A stretch of 64,000 nt of DNA from an uncultured Candidatus Saccharibacteria bacterium (GTDB lineage: Bacteria; Patescibacteriota; Minisyncoccia; Phycocordibacterales; UBA9973): the NCBI GenBank assembly GCA_964404925.1, contig CAYOLW010000003.1, forward strand, positions 575-64,574, in the 5' to 3' direction. Shown here one piece after another: positions 47,506-57,095 of the stretch; positions within the stretch are counted from its first letter, which is position 1, and each line of letters opens with the position of its first letter. The notes under the pieces are model-generated. The model saw nothing but the letters and a program-made list of their open reading frames with translations, ran no database searches and had not been told where the DNA came from. The translations under genes and the position numbers were made by a program.

Positions 47506-50322
47506 TTAATTTAAAAGCGGGTTGTCAAACACAACACTTGCTGGAATCGTTGTGTCTGCGTTTATACCAAAAGCATCTACAATGCTACCGCCATTTAAAT
47601 CAAAAATACCAGTACCCTCATAATCAATATCCCAGGCCGTTGTTCCAGATGAGCTACTTTCACTTGCATGGAATTGCAATGTTGTAGTACCAGAACCAGA
47701 TACATAATTCGCGCTAACCTTTTGTTGACCGTTAAAATCGTTAATAATCTTTAATTTAGGTGTACCAATAACTAGAACAGGAGTATCAAAAGTTAAGTTA
47801 TAGTCAACTCTAAAATCTCCAACAACTTCGCCCTGCATTGGAAGTGGCCTATAATTAGCTGTACCAGACAATATTTTAGATGAAGAATTTATAGTTGTAC
47901 ACACATCAGAGAAAGAGAATGCACCGGCAACTGTTGGCACATTTTGTCCAGCAACATTTTTAATTGAAGAACCATTAATAAAAGATAAGTTTGCAACACC
48001 TTCATAATATTGGCCCCCTATTCCAGTATTTAAACCAGAACCAGTCTCTGCAATAAATTTTAGGGTTGTGAGGTCTGTTCCATCATATCCATTATAGGTA
48101 GCAGTTACTATTGGTGAACTAGAGTTTTTCTGAATTTTTAATTCCGGTACCCCAACAACAGTCACTGGCTCACTAAATTTTAGAAGATAAACATATGATT
48201 TTCCGCTTGATATCATACACAAATCAGAGACAGTTGTTTCATTTCCACCATTAGAAGAACAAGTGTCGCTAGAAACTCCCATATCAGGATCTGCGTCACC
48301 TCCACCAGAGCTACCAACAGACCCTAAAGCTGAATTGATAGTAAACACTCGAGAGGGAGGATCTACTTGAAGCCAATAATGACCAGTATAATCACTTATT
48401 AAATTAGTTGCTGCTGGTGCACTAAAATAAAGGTGATGTTCGTCATAATTTGTAAGGTTTGCTATTACATCTGGTGCAGAAGGGTTAAGTGGTTCAATTT
48501 TTAATCTAATTGAATTGTTATTTGCATTAGTTACATCAAGTTTTCTTGTATAATAGACAGTATATTTTGCTTCACTACCCACTAAATCAAGACATGGCTG
48601 ACCAATATATTTCATAGCACAAGTTCCACCAGTTGAATCAGCTCCTGATAGCATGTTAAGCAACATATTTTTACCAGAAGAGCCTTTCACACTACCACTG
48701 TTTGGATCAAAACTAAAGTTACCTAATATATTACTCCAACTAGAACCAGTAGTTAAATTAAAATGAAATGTAAGGGTGTCGCTAGGTACAGTACCAGATA
48801 CCAGTTTTCCAATAGCGGTTCCACCAGAATCTGATGGGTTCATTACAAGATTTAAAGCAGCTGTAGGAATAACAGGTTCTTTAAATTTAAGATTTACATT
48901 AAGACGAGGGCTGTCAAAACTTTCTCCACTGTATAGTTGGCTTGGTAATAAATCCACACTTGTATCAATAATATCATAAGAGCTACCTGAATTACTGCAC
49001 GTGTTTGAAAACCGGAATATATCAGTAAGTAAATTTAAGTCGACAGCCTCACCGGTACCGGATACTACTATTTTTGCTCCTCCAGTAGATTTCAAGGTAG
49101 CCTCTCCTTCATAATATATAGAACTCATTTGTCCAGCTGGGGCATGAAAACGAATTGTCTTACCAGACAAAGTACCATCTGGAGCACCAACATAAGTTGC
49201 TACAATCTTTTTGCTTGGTGCGTTATAATAACGAATAATTTCTAGCTTAAGACCAGAAGAGTACATAACATTAATTGGTTTATCAAAAGTTATTTCGTAA
49301 GCTACATTTCCTGTGCCACGGGCCGGGTAATCTACACACATATTCACTATGTTAGCGGCGTTCACTACAGTCGGTCCGGTCGGTATTATAGGACCACTGC
49401 TTTCACCTCCTGAAATAACACCCAGGTCTCCATTTTCATCCAAAAAACATTGGATACAGATATCTCCATTAGCTGATTTGGAGGCTAAATATTGTTCGAG
49501 AGTTAAAACCCCACTATTAATAGCATCAGCTACTTCAAATGACACTGGTACACAAATAGAGGTGTTTTTTACATTACCACACACATATACATTAGTAGCT
49601 TCAGAATTAGTACTTGAAAAATTTGTCCTAAAAGAGTTATTACCAGCAAGACTACTAACACCACTTGGTGAAATTGTGTAAAGTGCAACCCTTGCACCAT
49701 TCTTGGTTATTTTTGGTTTTGCTGTAACTTTTTTACCAGAAACTAATCCTTCTGAAACCTGAGTTAGCCCAACAGATGCTAAACTCTTCGAGAGAACCTG
49801 ATTAATTCCTTTTGGAGTAAATGGTATAGTAGCTAGCTTTGTTGTCTTAGTTGAGACATTAGTATTGTTTGCAGTGGTGGAAGATCCAACTAATTGAGAA
49901 GCAGTGTATTTTCTGAGAGCAATACGTATTACCGGATTTGCTTCACGTATGGAACTGTTTATAGGTAAAACTGCAAAAAGATTTTGAGATTCTTTTCCAT
50001 AAACACCGTCAGCTTTTATACCAAAAAATCGCTGTACTTCTTGAAGTGCTTTTTTGGTCTTTATACCACTAACTCCATCAACAGGACCTGGGTCTGTGCC
50101 TAGGTTTGTTAATTTTGCCTGTAGCAAAGCTATTAATGGATCATACCCTTTCTTTTTACCTAAAGAAGTTGCTGGTGCATCATCTTGTGCCATCACAGGA
50201 GTTGGGGTGTATTTTTTTACAACAGGATTAACTATCTTTGATACAGTAGAAGAATAAAGCTGACCATAAGAAATAAATGGAACAAACAAGCAAAACAAAA
50301 ATATAATTAGGTATTTTTTCAC
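47506..50322 (-). CDS. Secreted protein: PG-binding domain + conserved Cys domain + about five Ig-like adhesin repeats
   Basis: GTG start giving MKKYLII (ORF open to 50337); PGPVDG..G.KT, ADGVYG; repeats F..PV.V.G.P.L.I...ATY..G...TL.F...YEG; ends FDNPLLN. Confidence 0.8.
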   Translation of the reverse strand: MKKYLIIFLFCLFVPFISYGQLYSSTVSKIVNPVVKKYTPTPVMAQDDAPATSLGKKKGYDPLIALLQAKLTNLGTDPGPVDGVSGIKTKKALQEVQRFFGIKADGVYGKESQNLFAVLPINSSIREANPVIRIALRKYTASQLVGSSTTANNTNVSTKTTKLATIPFTPKGINQVLSKSLASVGLTQVSEGLVSGKKVTAKPKITKNGARVALYTISPSGVSSLAGNNSFRTNFSSTNSEATNVYVCGNVKNTSICVPVSFEVADAINSGVLTLEQYLASKSANGDICIQCFLDENGDLGVISGGESSGPIIPTGPTVVNAANIVNMCVDYPARGTGNVAYEITFDKPINVMYSSGLKLEIIRYYNAPSKKIVATYVGAPDGTLSGKTIRFHAPAGQMSSIYYEGEATLKSTGGAKIVVSGTGEAVDLNLLTDIFRFSNTCSNSGSSYDIIDTSVDLLPSQLYSGESFDSPRLNVNLKFKEPVIPTAALNLVMNPSDSGGTAIGKLVSGTVPSDTLTFHFNLTTGSSWSNILGNFSFDPNSGSVKGSSGKNMLLNMLSGADSTGGTCAMKYIGQPCLDLVGSEAKYTVYYTRKLDVTNANNNSIRLKIEPLNPSAPDVIANLTNYDEHHLYFSAPAATNLISDYTGHYWLQVDPPSRVFTINSALGSVGSSGGGDADPDMGVSSDTCSSNGGNETTVSDLCMISSGKSYVYLLKFSEPVTVVGVPELKIQKNSSSPIVTATYNGYDGTDLTTLKFIAETGSGLNTGIGGQYYEGVANLSFINGSSIKNVAGQNVPTVAGAFSFSDVCTTINSSSKILSGTANYRPLPMQGEVVGDFRVDYNLTFDTPVLVIGTPKLKIINDFNGQQKVSANYVSGSGTTTLQFHASESSSSGTTAWDIDYEGTGIFDLNGGSIVDAFGINADTTIPASVVFDNPLLN

Positions 50323-50386
50323 AAAATTAATATTCACTAATAATTAATACTAATATATCAAATTCACCCACAATAAAAATCTACCT

Positions 50387-50860
50387 TCATTTTCTTGACA
50401 GAATTACATAATCATTTGGAGAAAAAGTCGCTTTATCAGGATATGAGTAAAGTTTCCAAGCATTGTCTTTCAAAACACACCTAAACAATGAGTTAATTTC
50501 TGTGCCAGAATTAATAGGAGTAGTTATAACTACAAAACTTTTTACAGGTTCTTTTGGTGGTTTTCTTTTAATTTGAAGAAAAAGTGCTGGGCCGACTTGA
50601 TGAGGACAAGGAACGTATCCTTTATCTTTAGCCAAATTAATAATTTTTTCTAAATTCATGTCTTCTTTTAAGCCTAATTCACTACAAGTGAGTAAGATTA
50701 CTCTATCTTCAAAAGATCTTTTTTCTTTAACCATATTCTGTAGCATTGAATAAGCTGCTTCAGAACAAAAAGGTTTTATCTCTTCTTCTACTTGAGTATT
50801 AGATATATTAGGATCAACCTTGAATTCAGGTTGATGAATGTTGTTTTTAAGTTTTTCCAT
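50387..50860 (-). CDS. Hypothetical cytoplasmic protein
   Basis: 157-aa ORF with L...ELG.....I...A...G..PCP.QVGP.L.LQ motif; no signal peptide. Confidence 0.6.
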   Translation of the reverse strand: MEKLKNNIHQPEFKVDPNISNTQVEEEIKPFCSEAAYSMLQNMVKEKRSFEDRVILLTCSELGLKEDMNLEKIINLAKDKGYVPCPHQVGPALFLQIKRKPPKEPVKSFVVITTPINSGTEINSLFRCVLKDNAWKLYSYPDKATFSPNDYVILSRK

Positions 50861-50891
50861 TACTACCTACAACTCTCTAAGAGTTTTTAAA

Positions 50892-53258
50892 TTAATTAAG
50901 AAGCAAATTATCAAATATAATTTGCGGAGGTAATGTAGTGTCAACGACAGCACTGTTTAAGTCTGTAATAGCACCACCATTCAACTCAATCTCACCAACC
51001 CCCTCATAGTCGACCTCCCATGATGTACCGGTTATATCTGGATCATCCCAGGCACGAAAAACAATAGCATTTGTACCAGAACCTCGATTATAAGGAGCTA
51101 CAACTTTACTTTCTCCAGTAGTATCGTTAGTAATTCTAATCCTTGGTTGCCCTGTTATAAACACTGGTTCACTAAATTGAATAGTGTACTCAGCACGATA
51201 CTCGACATCTGTTCCACTTACTGTATAGAGGCGATAGGATGCATAACCAGAAATAGGTTTAACATGGTTACCTGATGGTAAACAATTTTGTACTAAAGAA
51301 AATGTTCCTACACTTAGACTTACATCTTTACCGCTAACAGCTTTTATATTAGAACCATTAACTAAGCTTAGAGTTCCTGAACCGTAGTATTCAAGACCAT
51401 CTTCAATTTCTGTTCGGAATTTTAAAGAAGTATGTTCTGCGTCATCATAACCTAAAAATACAGCTGTTATAGGTTGAGATGCTGGGGAAGGTTTAATCAA
51501 TAAATTAGGCACACCAGTAACAACAACTGGCTCAGCAAACACAACCCTATAAGTAACACCTCCATTCATAGGATTACCATACTCATCATTTCTGTAATTC
51601 ATGCATATTCCAGAAACATTAACTGGAGGGTTGACTATTTCGTCACAAATTTTTAATCGATATATTTCGTAATTAGCCATTTTACCTTCTGGATCCCAGT
51701 CACTGCCTTCAAAAATCCATTTAGCAGTTGATGAAATACCAGGTATATCACCCCAAGGATATACACCGTGATCACCGATTGCAAATGTCTGTGCCCAAAC
51801 TGCACTTTTAATTTGGTTTAATACATCACTTAGGTTGAAATCAGCTGGATGTACAGGAACTGGTGTTGTTGTTTTTGTAACTTCAAAAACAGGAGTTCCA
51901 GTTTCATAGCTTTCTTCTCCAACTTTCAAACTGGCTAGAAATCCGTGTGTTACCCACCCATCATGAGCAGCCGCGAAATAAATATTTTTTGCATTAGTTG
52001 GTGCAGTTCCAGTATATTTTTCTGAACTTTTCCAACCTGGTTGAGTTCCGTTAGAGTTAGGGGTTGCTTCATCCCAATTCATATCAGAGCCTATTGATAA
52101 TAAACTTTCATTACCGCTTGAATCCCTTAGCCCCCAATAAGCATGAAATACATTATCACTTGTTACATTAAGATCATAAGATTTACCAAGAATATCACTT
52201 GCTGGAATACATGCCTCTGGATCAATTCCAACCGGAGTACCAGGAGGAGTTATAAATTCACCACTACCTGGACCACCTCCACCTCCACAACCACCGCCAG
52301 AAGTAATTGTTATGTTTCCATCATCATCCTTAGTACAAAAAGGGCAAGTTCCACCATCATCTGAACCTAATATTTCTGCAATAACAGCAGCTGCATCCAA
52401 CTGCCCCGCCTTAATTGCTTCAGCAATAGCCAAAGAAACAGCAACACAAGTATTGTCACCTTGATATTCAGCACATATGTTATATAAAGAAACTTCATCA
52501 ATAGCTTGATTGTAGTTTGAACCAAATCCATTAAAAGCTACGGTATTTACACCACTAGCTGTTACTAGTTTTACATTAGCCTTAGCTAATAAATCAGCTA
52601 TGGCCGCTTTGGGTTTTTTGGTAACAGTTTTTGGGTTAGTTGTTTTACTTACCACCTGCACTGTAGTAAATTTTGGAGCTTGAGGTAATGCCTTTGATAA
52701 AACAGAACTTACATCTTTGGGTAATTTTGCCAAAACTATTTTTGGTGTTGATACACTAGTTGCTGGATTTTTGGTTGGACTAGATGTTGTTATTTTATTA
52801 TTGTTTTTTCCAGAAAGAATGGTGAGTTGTTGTTGTTTTAAATACTGAACAACACCGTTATCGAGATTTTTAAGAGCAATACCTGTTGGTGCGTTCGCTA
52901 CATATAAGGCTGTTTTAGGACCAAATACTCCGTCAGCTGTTAGCACTTGTGTTTTTTTCTGAAAGTCTATCAAAGCTTTTTTCGTCTGAGGTCCAAAAGA
53001 TCCATCAATACCAATATTATATCCTTGGTTAAAAAGCCAGGCTTGAAGATATCGCACATCTTCTCCTTTCATTCCGACCTTCAAAACAGAACGTGCCGCA
53101 GCAGGCTTAGAAGACTCTCCTTGCTTAATGGCTTGGGAGTAAGATTTCTTTAGAACCGGGACAACCTGATGTGATACGGTCGAGCTAAACTGTGCTTTAG
53201 AGATTGCCGGGACCAGCAGTATTCCGAACAATATAAGAATGCTTAAATATTTTTTCAT
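50892..53258 (-). CDS. Secreted protein: PG-binding domain + conserved Cys domain + lectin-like domain + two Ig-like repeats
   Basis: MKKYLS signal; G.KGEDV..LQ..L...IDG.FGP.T...FQ..LTADG.FGP.T; TSDN.F...W...PWG.IPGISSTAKWI; ends FDNLLLN. Confidence 0.8.
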   Translation of the reverse strand: MKKYLSILILFGILLVPAISKAQFSSTVSHQVVPVLKKSYSQAIKQGESSKPAAARSVLKVGMKGEDVRYLQAWLFNQGYNIGIDGSFGPQTKKALIDFQKKTQVLTADGVFGPKTALYVANAPTGIALKNLDNGVVQYLKQQQLTILSGKNNNKITTSSPTKNPATSVSTPKIVLAKLPKDVSSVLSKALPQAPKFTTVQVVSKTTNPKTVTKKPKAAIADLLAKANVKLVTASGVNTVAFNGFGSNYNQAIDEVSLYNICAEYQGDNTCVAVSLAIAEAIKAGQLDAAAVIAEILGSDDGGTCPFCTKDDDGNITITSGGGCGGGGGPGSGEFITPPGTPVGIDPEACIPASDILGKSYDLNVTSDNVFHAYWGLRDSSGNESLLSIGSDMNWDEATPNSNGTQPGWKSSEKYTGTAPTNAKNIYFAAAHDGWVTHGFLASLKVGEESYETGTPVFEVTKTTTPVPVHPADFNLSDVLNQIKSAVWAQTFAIGDHGVYPWGDIPGISSTAKWIFEGSDWDPEGKMANYEIYRLKICDEIVNPPVNVSGICMNYRNDEYGNPMNGGVTYRVVFAEPVVVTGVPNLLIKPSPASQPITAVFLGYDDAEHTSLKFRTEIEDGLEYYGSGTLSLVNGSNIKAVSGKDVSLSVGTFSLVQNCLPSGNHVKPISGYASYRLYTVSGTDVEYRAEYTIQFSEPVFITGQPRIRITNDTTGESKVVAPYNRGSGTNAIVFRAWDDPDITGTSWEVDYEGVGEIELNGGAITDLNSAVVDTTLPPQIIFDNLLLN

Positions 53259-53290
53259 ATAACTTGTAAATAATTAATAATACCTAAAAA

Positions 53291-54640
53291 TTACTGTCCC
53301 ATACCCGGTAGAATAACAGTGAAATATACTTCATCATCTGGTTCAAGCGGAGTGCTTCCGCCGGGTGCAACACCCATTGTATAAACATTAAATTCAATTC
53401 GATCTGCTGTATTAGTATTTGAAAGAAGAATATATTTACCAGTAACTCCCTTACGTATAAACTGTGTTGATAATATATTATTTGAATCAATATTCAACCC
53501 TGTGCTTGCATTACAACCTGCACCAATACTATCAAAATGGGCTTTAAATTCAAAATTAGCGAGTGAACCATTAAAATTACATATGGTAACTTCTTTGTTA
53601 ATATCCGCTGGATTATTAGAAGAAAGTACCTTCGTTTTTACAATTTCCAAATTACTACCATTTAATCTAACAGAAAAAGCAAGCAAGCGATCTATACCAG
53701 TAAACACATTATCTGGTGAAGTAAACTGAACCCACCTTGCTCCACCAGGGAAACCTTCGTTATATATAAGAGTTATAGTTTGATTAGGTCTGAGTTTTAG
53801 ATCTTCGCCACCTGATAATTTAATTCGATTAGTTAAATTACATAATGAACTATTATTTTTTATGGTGAAAGTATTGCTTTGATTATTGTTGGTTATGTAT
53901 ACAATCCTCCCGTTAATATGTGAACCACCGGATGGTGGGGCAAATCCTTCAATCGTCATGGAGTTAGATCCATCCAGCTTAAAATAAGTCGCATTACCAA
54001 GTTCAAGGTTTGTTGTGTTACCAGTATTTACAGTAATTGCAAGAGTTGAGAGTAATAATTTTTTACCTATTTTAAAATCACTATCAGCTAAAATCAAATT
54101 ACCATTATCGCTAATACTAGAATTACCTAGAGTGTTCAATCCTGTAAATTTAGAAAGAAAATTAGCTTGTCCTGTACCATCATTGACTAAACCTCCTCCC
54201 CCTCCACCACCTCCACCAGTTCCAACTGGAACCCAGAATGATCCATCAAAGAAATAAAAACCTGGAGTATTGTCTGTTTGATATATTAAAAGTCCGATAG
54301 CAGGTGTTGCAATAAGGTCTCTCTGTGCTTTGTTCATACGTGGAGGTAAGAAACCTTTGGTAGTTGAACGAAGTTCTAATACAGATGAAGCGTTAGGAAC
54401 ATCTAATGCACCGAATATTCCATTCTCAACACCAACAATACTTGTATCAGAACGTAGTGCTCCAGCGATTAGTGCTCCTGATTTACGTTGAGCTGTTAGA
54501 CTTACATTTACTGGTGGTTCTGGATTAGCTCCTGGTGGAGTTGCAGTTGGATCTGTCCACACAGCCAATGCATGGAATGACAAAGCTAGTAGTGCTAGTA
54601 CTAGGGTGGACCTTAGGATTGTTTTAATATTTTGATACAT
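53291..54640 (-). CDS. Secreted fibre/adhesin-like protein
   Basis: Signal peptide, WTDPTA.PP..N..PPVNV...Q.K.G.L N-motif, SVLELRSTTKGFLPPRM..AQR..I..PA.GLLIYQTD...FYF..G..W motif, poly-Gly hinge. Confidence 0.7.
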   Translation of the reverse strand: MYQNIKTILRSTLVLALLALSFHALAVWTDPTATPPGANPEPPVNVSLTAQRKSGALIAGALRSDTSIVGVENGIFGALDVPNASSVLELRSTTKGFLPPRMNKAQRDLIATPAIGLLIYQTDNTPGFYFFDGSFWVPVGTGGGGGGGGGLVNDGTGQANFLSKFTGLNTLGNSSISDNGNLILADSDFKIGKKLLLSTLAITVNTGNTTNLELGNATYFKLDGSNSMTIEGFAPPSGGSHINGRIVYITNNNQSNTFTIKNNSSLCNLTNRIKLSGGEDLKLRPNQTITLIYNEGFPGGARWVQFTSPDNVFTGIDRLLAFSVRLNGSNLEIVKTKVLSSNNPADINKEVTICNFNGSLANFEFKAHFDSIGAGCNASTGLNIDSNNILSTQFIRKGVTGKYILLSNTNTADRIEFNVYTMGVAPGGSTPLEPDDEVYFTVILPGMGQ

Positions 54641-54705
54641 TGAATAATTATACTCTCTATTATTTTAATAATAAATACAAAACTGCTTTATTGTTGATTA
54701 TACCC

Positions 54706-55755
54706 TTATTTTTTTAAATCAACAAAGATAACTGATAAATTCCTTTTTCCATTCTTTGGGTCATCTCCGTAGTCTTTCAAGAAAATAATTGGTTGTCCTG
54801 TTTTTTTATCAAAAGCTACTGGCTCACCAAAGGTAGCCATTTCGTTAAAGTCTATACTTCGATCAATTTCAGTTGGAGCCATATACTCTTCAGTTGATTC
54901 GCCAGGTTTATTGGTTAAACCAAGTACCTCGCAGTTTGGACCTCTACAATAGTAACTATTTGAACTTCCTCCAGACAATGAAGTATTGGTACATTCCTCT
55001 GTGTGCTCACTGGTTGTGACACAAGTATACTTAGAGTTTGCAGGATCGGAAGATCCTTCAAAATTAGTATTAAATTCAGAAGATCCTGTGATAGTGTTGC
55101 CACCTGCAGTTATATTTATTGTATTAGACTGACTAGTGCCAAAATTCGTTTTTGGTTTTTTTGTTAAACTTGCTACCAGCGAACCAACGAAAGAAGAAGA
55201 ATTATTATTAGACCCTTCAGCGCCAGGTTGGTTCTTAGATAAAACATAAGTCAGAACACCCTTTGGAGTTGTTGGTAACTGAAAATTAGTGATTCCAATG
55301 AAACTATTCTTATTGGATGCTACTTGTTTACTGTTTTGCTTTAACTTATTTTTAAAGTCAGCAAATTCATCTGGTAGCACACTTTTAACATCAGATACTT
55401 TTTGATTAGTAAAACGATCAGAGAACATTCTGAGTGCACTGGCAGTAGCTGGTCCAAATACTCCATCAGATTTTATACCCAAATCTTTTTGTAGTTTTTT
55501 AATTGCTTGAATTGTTTTAGGTCCCACAACACCATCTGGTTCTCCAGGATTATATCCAGCATTTATGAGACCTACCTGAAGAAGCACATTCAGAGAATTA
55601 CTGTCGGAACTTTTCTTTATTACCTTACTGTCGCTCACATTATCTACCCCTCTATAAGAAGTTATAGTTTTACTAACGGTTGATTCTGTCTGACCAAAAA
55701 CAATCGTGGGTAACAGGAACAATCCTAATATAATTGTGCTTAAATATTTTTTCAT
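54706..55755 (-). CDS. Secreted protein: PG-binding domain + conserved Cys domain (no effector tail)
   Basis: MKKYLS signal; GYNPGEPDGVVGPKT..AI..LQ..LG..SDGVFGPAT; homologous to the N-half of 44427-47387. Confidence 0.8.
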   Translation of the reverse strand: MKKYLSTIILGLFLLPTIVFGQTESTVSKTITSYRGVDNVSDSKVIKKSSDSNSLNVLLQVGLINAGYNPGEPDGVVGPKTIQAIKKLQKDLGIKSDGVFGPATASALRMFSDRFTNQKVSDVKSVLPDEFADFKNKLKQNSKQVASNKNSFIGITNFQLPTTPKGVLTYVLSKNQPGAEGSNNNSSSFVGSLVASLTKKPKTNFGTSQSNTINITAGGNTITGSSEFNTNFEGSSDPANSKYTCVTTSEHTEECTNTSLSGGSSNSYYCRGPNCEVLGLTNKPGESTEEYMAPTEIDRSIDFNEMATFGEPVAFDKKTGQPIIFLKDYGDDPKNGKRNLSVIFVDLKK

Positions 55756-55781
55756 ATATTTTCTAAGATTTAACATAAAAT

Positions 55782-57068
55782 TTAAGGTATATTTGCATAA
55801 GCGTCGGTAAGAGCTTTAATGTCGTTTGGGTTTGGGTGTTCGTTGCTTATACCAAAATTAACTGACTGTCCGTCACAATTTTGAGTACCGCCAACTATTG
55901 AATACGCGTAGTCCATTACACTACCCGTGTTTGGATTACAAAATTCAACGTCTTGATGATCTAATCCAAAAGAATGACCTAATTCATGACTAACGACGTA
56001 TTGTTGCTGAATGTGATTATTGTAAGAAGCAGTTTTCATCCAATGATCATTAATATAAACAGGCGCACTTATTATCTTATTACCATTCAAATTAACTTGA
56101 GTAACACCTACCCAGCCAGTTTCTCCGAAGTCACAGTTTTGAATTGATACTTTAATTGAATCACTACCATCTTGAGTGACAACTATTGGAGCTGCCTGAT
56201 TCCAGTCACGAAGAGCACGAGGTATAAATTGTGAATACACGGGTGACAACTGGTCATCTATACTTATCTTTACAGGTCTGGTCTGTGATGGCCAGTGACC
56301 AAAAAAGGCAACATTACTACCAGGACCCACGCCACCAAGCATTGCAGGGCTACATCTACCACCAGAATCAACACCAGTTTCATTACTATTTTTTATACCA
56401 TCAGAACACGTGCCTAATTCCTGCGCGGTAGGACCCCATGTTCCACAAGCTGCACCACCAGAACTACCCCCACCGCTTGTACCACCACCACTGGTACCAC
56501 CGCTACTACTGGTCGATGGTTTAACGCATTCTGGTAATTTTTCATTCAAATTTGAAAAATCTACTGGATAGTATTTCCTTGGATCTTCTGTCCCTGAACC
56601 CAAGGTATGTATTAATCCAGATTTTAATATAATTAAATCTGCGTTTGAATCAGTAAAATAATCTTTTGCACTTCTAGTACCGTTATGTTTATCGTAATAT
56701 ACAAAAGTAATTGGATTAGCAATCATACCATTACTTGGGCCAGAGAATTTTAACTCTGGGTGAACTAGCTTACCGTCGTAATTAGAATCTTTGGCATATA
56801 GAGATGGTAAATTGTTCTCAACGTAAAAATATCTTCCGTATGAAGTACCAATTTCATAAGTTATCATTATTGAGTCTGATTTAGAATCAACTTTTTTAGT
56901 TAAACAAGTTATCTGAGCATTCTTTTGTGCATCACCAGGACCACCATTTATTGGTTTATTTTTTAAACCAACAAAATTGACAGGCCCCAATGCATTGACA
57001 CTAGATTTTCCCAATGCAAAAAACATTACTATAACAACCAGACTTATCACAAAAAATAATTTTTTCAT
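55782..57068 (-). CDS. Secreted Zn-metalloprotease (metzincin, matrixin-like)
   Basis: Signal peptide, CSDGIKNSNE.GVD.GG.C, HELGHSFGLDH plus SVMDY Met-turn; homologous to the C-half of 44427-47387. Confidence 0.85.
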   Translation of the reverse strand: MKKLFFVISLVVIVMFFALGKSSVNALGPVNFVGLKNKPINGGPGDAQKNAQITCLTKKVDSKSDSIMITYEIGTSYGRYFYVENNLPSLYAKDSNYDGKLVHPELKFSGPSNGMIANPITFVYYDKHNGTRSAKDYFTDSNADLIILKSGLIHTLGSGTEDPRKYYPVDFSNLNEKLPECVKPSTSSSGGTSGGGTSGGGSSGGAACGTWGPTAQELGTCSDGIKNSNETGVDSGGRCSPAMLGGVGPGSNVAFFGHWPSQTRPVKISIDDQLSPVYSQFIPRALRDWNQAAPIVVTQDGSDSIKVSIQNCDFGETGWVGVTQVNLNGNKIISAPVYINDHWMKTASYNNHIQQQYVVSHELGHSFGLDHQDVEFCNPNTGSVMDYAYSIVGGTQNCDGQSVNFGISNEHPNPNDIKALTDAYANIP

Positions 57069-57095
57069 ATTTTTATTAAAAATACATTCTATTTA

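Noticed and set aside
54190-54222. cctcca/ccacca microsatellite as a phase-variation tract
   Set aside because: Mixed Gly codons encoding a poly-Gly hinge; triplet changes would not shift the frame
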